The position numbers were made by a program, and so were the translations under genes. A stretch of DNA of 49,123 nucleotides from Reclinomonas americana ATCC 50394. Its lineage: Eukaryota. Where the stretch lies: assembly GCA_048213135.1 (NCBI GenBank), contig PS015016.1:142340-191462 (forward strand). The letters run 5' to 3'. Under the pieces are notes generated by a model, which was given only the letters and a program-made list of their open reading frames with translations, was not told the origin of the DNA and did not search any database. Shown here one piece after another: positions 25,196 to 37,807 of this stretch (its first letter is position 1; each line of letters starts with the position of its first letter).

Positions 25196-28100
25196 TTAGT
25201 TGTCCGCGGATAGCGACGACTGGCTGGCACTATGAACCGACACCTCGTCCGTCTGCGTCTGCTTCCGCCACATTTCCGAGTACAACCCATCCTCCAACTG
25301 CAGCAACTCATTGTGCGTGCCACACTCGGCGATTCGCCCGTCCTTCAGCACCAGGATCTATGCGTGCGCCACTCAGTACCACAAACCGCGACAAGTCACC
25401 TCTCTCACGCTGCAGCAAGCGCACGCGACAAACCTTGTGGGCGTTCGCAATCGTGGCCAGTCGGTGAGCGATCACGATGGAGGTTCGACCGCGGGCCAGT
25501 GCCGTCATCGAGCCCTGGATGGCCAGCTCGGTGGCGGAATCCAGCGATGAGGTGGCCTCTGTGTGCAACGTAAGCAAGAGAGCATGCGAACTGTGGGAGG
25601 GTGTCATCGGCGGACGACACTGACCGTCGAACACCATGATGGGACTATCCTTCAGGAAGCACCGCGCGAGCGCAACGCGTTGCTTCTCGCCGCCAGAGAG
25701 ACGGAGACCACGCTCACCGACTTTGGTTTCATACTTTTCCGACAGGCCTAATGTACACACGTGTGAGGCAAGCGAGGCAACAACGACATAGCGTGTCGGC
25801 ATAAGCATTCACCATTAATGAAATCGTGAATCGCCGCCTGCTGCGCCACATACTCGACCTCCTCGTCTGTGGCATCGCGCTACGAGAGGGCGAGTAGTGA
25901 GGAATGTGGCATTGGGAGAACTGCATGCAGCTATGGACGAGAGAACCTTGGCGTACGAGATGTTGTACTTGATCGTGTCGTTGAACAACACTGTACAGAG
26001 AGCATGCAATGAGCGCGCATTCAAGTGGAGCGAACGAGGCAGTGCGACGACGCACCAGTATCCTGTGGAACCATGCCGATGCTTTCACGCACTGATGCCT
26101 GCGTGCATAGCGCAATGTCTTGTCCGTCGATGAGGATGCGACCGCCGAGGACGTCGTACAGGCGGAAGAGTAGTTTCGAGATACTGCGAGGTAGGAGTCA
26201 GCTCATCCACGAACATACAACGAAGGAAGATCGTGCGCCACGCGACGCAACGTGCTCTTTCCGGCTCCCGATGAGCCGACAATGGCCACCGTTTGACCGG
26301 GCTCACACGAGAATGTCACATCGTAAAGAATCGGTCGCCCATCGGAATACATGAAAGTGACGTGATCGAACTCGACTCGGCCCTCCGTGACGTGCAGCGG
26401 TTGGGCGCCAATGACGTCGGTCACCGTGCGTGGCTGTGTCGCGCACACAAGAACAGAAGAGGAGACCAGCGAGTGAGTCGATATGTGTGGGACGGAATGA
26501 AGGCTCCAGAGAAAGACTGACCTCGTCCAGCAAGTCGATCATGTCTTCCAGATCTGTGGCAACAGCACGTTTTCTTAACAAGGGGAACATGCATGATGCA
26601 GGGTCGACAAGATTACCAATCAAGCTGTTCTTGGTCATGCGATACGTCGTGCCGAGGAAGTTGAGTGGCTGCACACCGAACAGTGAGTCAGTGCGGCAAT
26701 CCATCCGCACGCCAGAGTGCAAACAACTCACCGAATACAGTTGTGCCAAATATGCTGCAATCAACAGGAAGAGTTGGCTGAAGTGCTGAAGAGCCAATCG
26801 AGAACAAGCAGAACGCAACTCTGAACCAGCACCACGTCGCCGACCGATTGCTCGCCTGCGCCACGATAAGGAAACAACAGAAGTGCACAACTCTTCGACA
26901 CCACCAACGAACCGTAGACCACACGATACGCCGACAGCATGACAATCGACACTGTTCCCACACCCATGATGAGTGCCTGCGTGACATTGAGGAAGGCCAG
27001 CGAGCTCGTGCTGCGCGAATTCGCGACGCCGTACTCCTCCATCGCCTTGTCATACCGGCCAACTTCAGCACTGCATTGGAGAGAGAGAGAGCATCAGTTT
27101 CACAGTCCCTGTCACCGCCTCCACCACAGTGACGCACGCTTCCTGCGAAAAGATCTTGACCGTCTCTGCGAGGGCGCTATCCTTTAGCATCGACAGCGGA
27201 AAAACGCACGGATCACGATTGTACACGCACCATAATTGAGCAGCGAGTCCGTAGCGATTTGATTCGCCTGCATATATGCGCATGAGAATGACGATACCGG
27301 TCACCTTGAAAGCAATGGACGGCTTACCCGGTTGTTGGCGTCATTCAGCGATCTGCAGCAGAGGGGGCGGTCATGCTAGATGCACAGTAACGACAGAGAC
27401 AAGGAGATGACACGAACCGTCGGAATTTGGTTCTCCAGTCGGTGAGAGCCGTCTGGCGGTAGAGTACAGTGAGACGAGAGTGGGTTCACTTCATCGTCAC
27501 AACACAGACGCAACTGTGGCCCAGGCGTACGACGAAATTGTGACAATGACAATAATCGCAAAGATCCAGTCGTACCGCGTCAATAGCACAATGCACACCA
27601 ACAAGATCTCCAGCACCTGCACACGAGAGGCCATGCAGGTGAGAAGAAAGTGAGCAAGGCAGAATTCGGAAGGAGAGCGCACCAAGGGAACAATCGAGAA
27701 CAACAGGAAGCTGAAGATTACTCTGCAGAGGGATGTAAGCACAGTGACTCTCCGCACACGAGAGAACACAAACGCACGCACCCAATGGCCGACGTGCCAC
27801 GATCCATGCTTCTCAGCACTGCAGAAAGAACATGAAAGCAAAAGAAATGAGCGAGGTGTTGAAGACGGCGGCCGATTGGTTTTCGTGTGCAAGACCTTGG
27901 CCAGTTTTTCTGTGCGATCAATAAGTCAGTGAGAGACATTACGCTGCGAGCCACGCATGGCATCACTCGAAATCACTCGAAATCACGCACCGCTTCACGT
28001 GAAACGACACGGACAGCGATTGCAGATGGCTGAAGGTTCGCGTCGATGCCGTGCGGAGAGCGTTTGTCGATACCTGCACGACGCAGTCAGCACAGCGCGC

Positions 28101-29216
28101 CAACGGGGATCGGCAGTGGTACAAACACGCAACTGCCACAAAGACACTGTCGCGCAGGTTGGAGAATGCATCGATGCTGAAACGCCCAATGCCCATGAAC
28201 AGCACGGCCCACAGCGGGAACGATGGCGGCTCCTCCGACAGGCTGTCGATAACGGCCTTGTAGGCGAACGGAGTGAGGATACTTGTCACTTTCGAACCGA
28301 TCAGACACATGAACGAGATGACGACTCTGTGATGAACACACGATATGAGCCCAATATCACGGGTTTTCAGCGGCGGTCAGCTGCTGACCGAAGGCGCAAA
28401 CCCCAGCGCCCCGCCGGCCACATGAGCGGCAGCAGGGATTTGATGTAGTACCAGTGCGAGTGCTTTCTCTGCAGACGCGCGTACACGTCAGTTGTGAGCG
28501 ACAACAAAAAACGCGCGCGCAGCACATGCACACGAAAGCACCTTTTTCTTCTCCTCTTCCGCGGGCTTCTTGCCGGAAGGCGACTTGGCCGCCGTCGGTG
28601 TACCCGCCGCCGTGCTGGCCACCTCCACGTCGCCTAGAGTGGACGCCGAGGCACCAGCGCGAGCCGGGCGCACCTGCACCACCGCCGACTGTGATCGCGG
28701 CAATGCATCCGACGACGACGGCAGCGGAATGTTTCGGAACGACGACCCGCGCGGCGCCACCGGCAGCATAGCGCGCGCCTGGTCGTGCGACCAGTGCCGC
28801 GAGTGACCCCCACGTCCGCGTGCCGCTCGCGTGTGCATGGTGGCCACTGGATCACGTGCAAGCGCCGCCGGCACTGCATCGACATCACCGCCATCATCTG
28901 CTGGCCCCGTCGCCGCCACATCCCCCTGCTCCACAGTGCGACGCACGGCCAGGTCGCTTGCTCGCGTGACCCACGAAGGCTGCCGCAGAGGGCCCGCCGG
29001 TGGCCCACTGGCGGCCGCGGGCACCATCAGTGGCGGAGGTCGTGCACCACGTCCCGCCACATTCGGAAAGGTCGGCGGCAGCCTCATGTGTGGTGCTTGC
29101 GGCACAGCCAGTGCACCAGGGCGAGGCACCGGCACTGCACGCAGTGGTGGTGACGACGAGGGCGGCGGCAGTGCATTCTGCGCGTCCTCGTCGAGGCGTG
29201 CGTAGCGCTCGCTCAT
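25196..29216 (-). CDS. ABCB6/ATM1/HMT1-like half ABC transporter, paralog A, with Pro/Ala-rich N-terminal extension
   Basis: [79 protein letters not shown] at 25196-25198. Confidence 0.92.
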
Positions 29217-29345
29217 GATCGCGTGCGAGACTGAGAGGAATGCTCTTTCGTGCGGAGGACGTCGGACCCGGAGGCTTCCGTACACGTTCATTCATTGATA
29301 GTGCTGTGCATCCCGGCCACCGCTTCTTCGCCCTCTCTACGCCGC

Positions 29346-30118
29346 TCATGGCTTGACTCTGCATCGCAAAATCTTGACCTCGTCCACTGGCCGATCCTGC
29401 GCGTCTGTGGTCACCAAACCCTGCAGCAACAACAACAACAGCGAATGCACGAGTGTGAGTGAGTCTCCTCTTAGTGCTGCAGAAGACACTCCAACGCAGA
29501 GACCAATCGTTGCACATTGCTCATGCCAGAGCTCACGCGTCCAAAGATCGTGTGCTTGCCGTCCAACCACGGAGTCGGTGCCTGCTCGCCCACCCGTCAC
29601 TCACAGAGAACACACAGTGCACGAGACAGCGAGAGAGAGACAGACCAGTGTGATAAAGAACTGCGATCCGTTTGTGTTGGCGCCGGCGTTGGCCATGCTG
29701 AGAATGCCTGCGCCTGTGTGCTTCAACGTGGGCGTGGTCTCGTCCTCAAAGTGCGCGCCATAGATGCTCTCGCCTCCGCGCCCTGTGCCAGTGGGGTCGC
29801 CGCCTTGTGCGATAAAGTCTTTGATTACGCGATGAAAGATGGTGTCGTTGTAGTAGCCGCGCTTGGCCAGCTCTGCAAAGTTCTTGCAGGCTTTGGGTGC
29901 CTCCTCGTAGTACAACTCCACCTGCAACGAGAGGAGTGAGGCACACACGCACAAAGGGGGAGAGAGACTGTGTGTGGCTCACCTCAACGGGACCCACAGT
30001 TGTCTCCAGCCTGCGCGTGTGCGTGCGTGAGAGAGAGAGAGATGCATCATTGGTGAAGCGTGAGAGAGAGAGAGAGACGCAACACGACGTGTGTGTAGCC
30101 GCAGTACTCGTCTGTCAT
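29346..30118 (-). CDS. PPIL1: Cyclophilin-type peptidyl-prolyl isomerase PPIL1-like, 5 exons
   Basis: [93 protein letters not shown]. Confidence 0.92.
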
Positions 30119-30231
30119 TGACAAAAAAAAGTCACAAAGGTCGACATCGACTTTGAGTCACATTTTTTGTTTCGCGTATACGCGCAGGCAATTTCTGACA
30201 CACATCCTCTCCCTCTTCTCGTACGAGTGAG
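30119..30231. promoter_or_regulatory. Probable 113-bp bidirectional promoter between PPIL1 and the HECT gene
   Basis: Divergent ATGs at 30118 and 30232; relatively AT-rich; contains palindrome CGCGTATACGCG (30173-30184). Confidence 0.55.
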
Positions 30232-30373
30232 ATGGGGCAGTCGCTAAGCAACGCCGACACCTTCTCGACCTCCGTGTCAGACTCGGGTGCGTCCACGCGA
30301 CATGTCGGGGTCGTTGTTCCTCCGCAACTCACGCTTTCGTTTGATGCCATGCTGTGATCTCTCTGCCCCGTGC

Positions 30374-30409
<36 letters not shown>

Positions 30410-33400
30410 AGAGGCCGGTGATCTGCTGTCGTTGCCATTGGAGCACCTGCTGGATCGTCGGTTTGTGCTGCTGAAGGCCGCCGAGGATGAGAGCCGTCGC
30501 TTGACTCTGCATCCCGTTGCGGAGGAGTCGGCAGACAAGTTGCGTGTACACACACACGCGCGCGCGCGCGCGAGCGCCACACAGTGTGGCATCGGTGATC
30601 AATGCATTGCTGACTGCTTGCTTGTTCGGATAAATCTTTGTGCCGCAGATCGTCGTCGGCAGTCTCGCGAACAGTGGAGCTTACGCGCCTGTTGCGTCAG
30701 GCGGCTCTGGAGCAGAGCCAGCGATTCGAGACGGCGGGCTTGCTGTCGGAATCGTCGACTGGTGCCTCGGCGACGGGAGCAGCGCCGGCATTGGCAACTG
30801 CGGCCGCGGCCACAGCGACCGCCGCCTCGGCGACAGCGGAGGATGCGATTGGTGGCGGAGTGGATCGCTCGTCGCTGCAATTGTGCGCCATTGCCAATGC
30901 TGACATGCGCGAGTCGTTTGAGACTCTGGCCGAGCAACGTGCGGCCATTCTGCTGCGCGTGCATCAGGCCCTGCAGCAGCAACACAAGCGCGTCAAGTCC
31001 AGTGATCGTCGCCGACGCCCGCCCAAGGCCGACACGTCGCCTGTGCTACGTCTCGGCATCATGTCGTTCAGTCGCATGATGTTCGCCATGCTGCGCCGTC
31101 TCAGTGTGGTCGAACCGTCCGAATGCGCCGAGGTGCTTGCCTTGCTGCGCGAGGAGGTGGGTCTGCTGGAACCCATGGCCCTCACGCCCGAGCGCACGGG
31201 CGGCGTGGCCGATGTGGCGTTGGACTCGACTGCCAACTTTTTGTACTCGCTGGCCGCACGCCCCGACGGTGACGCCTACGGCCGCATGTGCCTGGAGATG
31301 CTCATCTCCGTTGGTGTCGCTCGTGGAGTTGCGTCGGCACTCGCACTCGTGCGTGTGTGTGTGTGACACGCTCACAATGCGCCCTGTGTGTGTGTGCGTG
31401 TGTGCACGCGCAGTCGGTCCGCTACCTGTTGAACGCGATGAAGTTGCTGGCCTCTGCTGATTTGCCCGCCACCCGCGAGCGATTGATGGTGGCGCAGACG
31501 CTGCGCAACATGGCATTCGTGCAGCGTGTGTGTCACCTGGTCCCACCGACCGGCGCTCTGATTGGTGGTTGCGTCAAGAGAGGGGGGAAAGCGCCTCTCC
31601 TTTTCTTTGTTTGATTCGAGCTTCTCAACATCGCTGTCTGCAGGCAAATTCCCGTGGGAGGCCATGCAGCAGATTCGCCCCAGCCCTCTGTCGCTGATGC
31701 AGGGAACCACCACCACGTACCTGTCCATGACAGTCGACGGTGCCGGTCACATGTACTTGCACAGTGCCAGTGGTCTGTGGAAAGTCGGAACTGGTTCGTG
31801 ATGATAACTCCTCTGTATCGCTTTGTGTTCATTATGGGTTCACCTTCTTCTCCATCGCAGGCTATCAGGGGACGATGCAGTCGCGAGTGTACGCCTCCAA
31901 TTCCGAGTTCCGCCCTCGTGAGACTGGACATTTGCTGTTTGTGGGCAACATGCTGCTGTACCGTTCGGGGGCGATTTCGCCGGCAGTGTTTATTGTGGTG
32001 GACACCACCACGCTGCGAGTTGCGTTTATTCGAAGAGAGCTGCAAGTGGATTTTTATTTTTAACTCATCAACCGAGAAAAAATGTGCGTGCGGCGCTGCA
32101 GGAAGTCGGCACCATTTTGCGTGACGGCACCGGCACTGTGCGCACGGCAGACAACTCGAGCATTGCGGCATTTGCGGCACAGTTTGAGCCGAAGAAGCGC
32201 AAGCGCGTGAAGAAGGAAGTCGATCTGCAGGCGCAAGCGGTGCAGGCCTTGCAAGCGCAGCAGATGATGCAGCAGGCGCCGACGCGGAGTTTGTTCGGCA
32301 ACGCCACTACCCCAATGTTCAGCACCACGCCAGCACTCTCGGCGGGAACTGGCTTCGCATTTGGTGGTGTGTTGTTCGCCTCAAGCGTTGCGTTTAGGAT
32401 GATGACCAAACATCGCTGTGGTTGCGCAGGTGCCGCAGCACCTGGTGGCTTCGGTTTTGGCGGGCCCATGGCCATGCAGGCGGCGACGAAGAAAGTGAAG
32501 GATGATTCTGAGTTTGGTGCAGAGTCGTCCAAGGCTGCCGAAGCCGAAGACGATGCCCAGGAGGATAAAGAGGGTGCGGAGAGTGGGGATGACTCTGATG
32601 ACACGGGCAGCCAGGATGGAGGCGAGTGTTTCGTGTGCATGTTCATGGATGTGACAGTGGCAGGGTGTAACGTTTCGAGCACGCAGAGTCGAGGGGTGCG
32701 AGAAGTGTGCCCGCCGCGGACGAGGAAGTCGATCCTGATCAAGAATTCCTCCCCTATGTCGCGTTCGCGACAGACGGCCGCAACGTCGTCTCGGTTACAG
32801 TGGTCACACCCACCGACAAGAAGGTGTGTGTGTCATTGCGCCCAGTTACACTACTGCATCACCGCTCAACCACTGCGTGTGCAATCGCACAAAACAGGGA
32901 ACCGATGACGACGCACGCTCCACCCAAGTCGTGTGTGACGTTTTCGACGCCGCCAACGGCTTCCGACACACCAAGAATGTGGTGCTTCGTGGTCCCCAGT
33001 ACAGTTGCGCATCTTGCTTGCTTGCTTGCTCAGCAGTGGTGCGTGTGAATGTGTGTCTGTACTAAGCGTGCGTCCGTTTCGCAGCTTTCAGCACCAAGAC
33101 CGNNNNNNNNNNNNNNNNNNNNNNNNNNNNNNNNNNNNNNNNNNNNNNNNNNNNNNNNNNNNNNNNNNNNNNNNNNNNNNNNNNNNNNNNNNNNNNNNNN
33201 NNNNNNNNNNNNNNNNNNNNNNNNNNCCCGCGTGCAGGTGCAGAGCTGCATCACACCGCGCAATCCCAAGGTGCTCAATTTCAGTGGACCCTTCACGGTC
33301 GAGATGTGGATCCGTGCGCGCGATGTTGCGTTTTTTTTTTCGCTGCGTTCGCGCATGCGCCTCCTTGCCAGACGACTCACTTTTCTGGTGTCTTTCTTTT

Positions 33401-36400
33401 GCAGGTCAACAACAACACGTACGCACTGCTGTCCCGCGGTTCTCCGTCAACTGGAAACGGGCGCTGCATCAACATGTTGCGTCTGCATTGCACCTGGTGT
33501 GTGACCCGGTGGTGCTCACCTACGCTTCTTTGCCGACTACAGGGCCATTCAGTACGGCTCTTTGCAATGCAATATCATGTTGCGTCCTCGGTGGTGTTGT
33601 GAGTTGTTGGCCGCGTGCGTACGTGCTCATTATGCTTTGCTGGTGATGCAGCAATACGACTGTGAGCTGCCAGGTGTATGACTGCCAGAACAAGTGGACG
33701 CATGTTGCATGTACGTCATGGGTTGTCGCACAGATCTCATTCCCTACCTCATTGTGCCTTTATTCATTTGCATGTCATTAGTGGTGGCCGACGGCAGTCA
33801 CATCACGTTGTACAAGGACGGCTCCGCGGAGACCGCTCTCCCGAGCAGCAACGTGATGTTCGAGAGTGCAGTGGATTCGTGGTGGTTCGGCTGCATGGAG
33901 TTTGGTCGACAAGGCTTCAACGGCAACATGGCGGAGGTGTGTTCGTGATGTGATGCAAGCGTGTTCCGTCGGTGAAATTGTCACTCATCATGCGCTTTCT
34001 CCCACTGGCCGCAGCTGCGCATCTGGAAGTGTGCGCGGTGAGTGCTGCTGCTCGGCATATTTCAAGTCTGCGCATTTCTCGTCCACGTGCTGACACTGCT
34101 CTTTCTGTGACCGACCTCGCAGGTCGGCGTCGGAGATTGCCGAGTATCGCAACGTGTCGATGACGGGGCGTGAGAGTGGCCTCGTCGGCTACTACCGCAT
34201 GATTGAGGGTGCTGGTGACACACTGTGGAACTCGGCTGCCACCACTGGACATGCGACCTTTACGGGCTCCAGCTGGTGCGTTGAGCGGCCGCACGCGTGT
34301 GCGAGAGTCGCCTTGGAAATTTGACATACGTACGCTCTCACTCAGGTCGAATCATGAGTCGCCAGTCAAGCCCGACAAGGAGAGCCTGGCCGGTACGCTT
34401 GTGGACAGCGAGTCGTGCATGCCCACTGTGTGCGAGATGTCCCAATTGACCTCTTCCGTGTGCGTAGCCGTCGAGCTGCCGTGCTCGCTTGACGAGGACG
34501 TTCTCAAGCGTGCCCAGCTGGTCAGCAACGGCGACTCACTCGGTGTGTTGCTGCGCGAGAATCGCCAGCAACATTCGCAACACCCGCGTCAAGCAGGCCT
34601 GTTTGGGGGACCTGCACCGGCTGGTGGCGTGCACTATGTCGCTCGCTTCGAGGTCTACAGCCTGGAGACCGGAATGCTGGTGGCGGGCGAGGATGTGCCG
34701 GATGCGTGTGCCAGTTGAGAGAGTGTCGACTTTTGATCTCGGTGTTTCATTCGCACATGTGCATGGCTCACGCGTTCCTTTTCTTGCAGTTACCGACGTT
34801 TGCTACGATCGCGTGAACAACGTCCTCTGGGCGCCATCGTCTGCGGTTCGTTTCACCGGTGAACACAACGCTCACTGTGTGCGCACTTGTTCTGCTCACT
34901 GTTGTCCCCCACAGCAACCACGCACCATGTACCGTTTCCGCATGCCAGGCCGCGGCTCTCGTTGCGTGAACACTAACGAGAGCGAATTCATGTCGTCGAC
35001 CTCACTGCGCTTGTCTTTCTTTCGTTTGTTTGTTTGTGTCGCCCGACGTTTGCAGCATTGTACGCCGATTCCAACGCGGGTGCCAAGGCGTTTATCGATT
35101 CGGGTGCCGATCTGCTGCTGCTGCAGCCGGAGTGTGCGCTGACCGCAGAGCACGACGTATCTGGTGTCGACTCAACGACTGCGCTTCTCCGTCTCGTTGC
35201 GGTGTTGGACTCTGCAGGTGATTGCGGGCAGTCATATCTCTCTCTCTGTCTGTCTGTCTTTGCGCCTGACTCCGCGCAACGCAGCCGCAAGTGAGGTCGA
35301 TGACGAGCCGAATCCGACGCTGAGTGTGCCCGGTGTGCTTGACGTGTCGGTCGAGACCATTAGCACGCTGTGTGACATGGTCGAGCGCCTGTCCGACGTG
35401 TACCTGCAGCCGACTGCAGCCGTCGATGCTTTGCGACACCAAACCATTGTGTTCACCCTTCTGTACGCAATCCGCTGTGTCCGCACGCACATTTCGTATG
35501 TGATCAAGTGGAATCTGGATCCGGCCGTAGAATGTGACCTTGGTCCGGCTTCTGGTGCGTTTGTACACACACACACTCACACACTGAATCTGTCCACCTG
35601 CTAAGATATATACACGCTGTCACGCAGACATGACTCGCCGCCTCAAGTCGGCATTGCATCGTGTGCTGGTGACAGTGCCCACCGATGCCATTTCACGACT
35701 GGCAGCGTCGTCGCTGCAGATGGCCGCGTGTGAGGTTTGTGCTGGAAGGAATGCTGGCATGTTTTCTCTGTCTTGTCTGACACCTACGCTGGCAGATGTT
35801 GACCGGGGGCTTCCAAATCTTCTATCCGACACCAGTGATGCAGCGCGAGTTGCTGCAGCTGCTGTTCCGCGAGTGCGGCACTGCTGACGTGAGTTTTTTC
35901 TTCTCTTTCTATGTGTGTGTATGTATTCCCCGTAGCGCTTACCACATGAGTCTCTTTGCTCAGGCTACTGCGGCGGCGGCGGCCGAGGAAGAGTCGGAGA
36001 GCCCCCAGTTTACGTTCCTGCAGCATGCGCTGACCAAACTGGGCGAAACCAACTCGACCTTCCAGTTCCTCACGCAGGAGGATGACGATGCTGACAGCGA
36101 GTACTCTGTCATTCGTTGCGTGCGCCAGAGTTACTGGTGGTCAACTCGTGCCAACCCGCTGACATGAATGGTAGGCACTCTGCGCTTGTTGGTGGAGATT
36201 GCGTGTGACAACGACATGCGTCTCCTCGCCACTCGCGTGAGCGGTTCCGAGGATGCAATGCCGAGCTCAGTGTTCCGCGCCCTGCACGGCTTCCTGGTCT
36301 CCGTGCAAAAGGCTATCCTAAGTGAGGTGGGTATCTCACGCACTACGCGCTGCACACTTCACCTCCTCTTCATTGATCTCATGCTTTTGGTCTACGCAGG

Positions 36401-37712
36401 GATTCTCTCGTCGTTCGCCGGCAAGCAGCTCCACCGCGACACCTGCCTCGTCGGAGAGTCTCAACGTGATGCTCACGTACGTGCTCATTGTGTGGGAGGC
36501 TGCCGATCGACTCTTCCGCCGATGCATCTCGCTGGTGGCCGACGACACACGCGCTGCGGCACTGGTAATTGCCTACCTCTTTGTGCAAATGATCGACTGC
36601 TCACGTACCTGTCTGTGCATGCTGCTGGCATGGCAGGCTGGCAAGCTGGTGATGCAGAGCACCATCGGATCGCTGCTGCCGTCCTTGTGGACTACAATCG
36701 GTTGCATGTCGGTGGATCTGCCGACCAGCGGCCGTCTTCTGACTCCGCTGTTGAATGGACTGAGCACACTGTCGTCACTGGCGCAACACTTGCCCGAAGC
36801 ACAAGATACGGAGCGCCTGCTATGTGGCACGTATGCGCCGGAGCCAGTGGTTGTGGAGACCGACCACCCGTTGCGTCTCCCGTGTGTCTGCACTGTGTAT
36901 GTCTGCATCTCAATCCTGAAAATCTTCTTCGTATGTGCCTGCAGTGTCGAGCTGACTGAAGATCGCACAACATTCCGCGTGGCCGTCCCGTATGCAAACT
37001 CCCTCACAGTGGCGATTGCACCGGAAACAGAAGTGCCGGCGGGGTTCGTTTGTTTGTCGCTCTGGAACGCAACGCGAACTCTTAACCTCCTTCTCCCTAC
37101 AGATGTGTCCTTCGCGTGTATGGTGAGAACGACCAGCGTGGCGTCAAAATTTCGAACACGAGTTGGGTGGCGCCGTATTCGTCGAGTCGCTCTCTGGCCG
37201 AGGTCAAGCCGCTGTCGTTCTGGTCTTGCAATGTCGTGTACTTCATTCTGGAGAAGCGGTCCAAGACCGCTGGCCAGCCCGTCAAGCCCAGCTGGGGCTT
37301 CAAGTTGTGTTTGCTTGCACGAGGCGCCTCGTCCCTGTTGTACTGATCCGTCACGCCACACAGAGCGACTGTCACGACGACTGCCGTTGCACGCAATGCC
37401 GACACGGGACCACTTGTCGATCTGTGTCGCACTGTGGGACTTGTCGCTGGCAGGGTGCGCTGCTGTTTTTTTGTCGTCGCTCACACGGCTTCGAGACCCA
37501 GCGCTTGCGCTCATGATCTGTGTCACTGCAGTGCTGTGGCCGGCTGATGCGGTCGGAGAAATTGACAGACGACGAAAGCGCTTGCATTGAGTGGCTCAGC
37601 TCTGAAATCTTCTCCGAAGGTCTCGACGCTCACGGGCAGGTGTGTGCATTGTGATGACACGCGTGCATGCGTGTGTCGTGTGACTCTCANNNNNNNNNNN
37701 NNNNNNNNNACG

Positions 37713-37807
<95 letters not shown>

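Noticed and set aside
26184-26251. Reading shifted donors as non-GT (TTGCGT) introns
   Set aside because: Reading frames and AG acceptors fit only cleavage before GT; a TT start would need non-AG ends.
29346-30118. Link between spliceosomal PPIL1 and the unusual donors
   Set aside because: The protein looks conventional; its presence here is probably coincidental.
36573-37526. Long antisense ORFs such as the 317-aa one
   Set aside because: Shadow frames of GC-rich coding sequence with no recognisable motifs.
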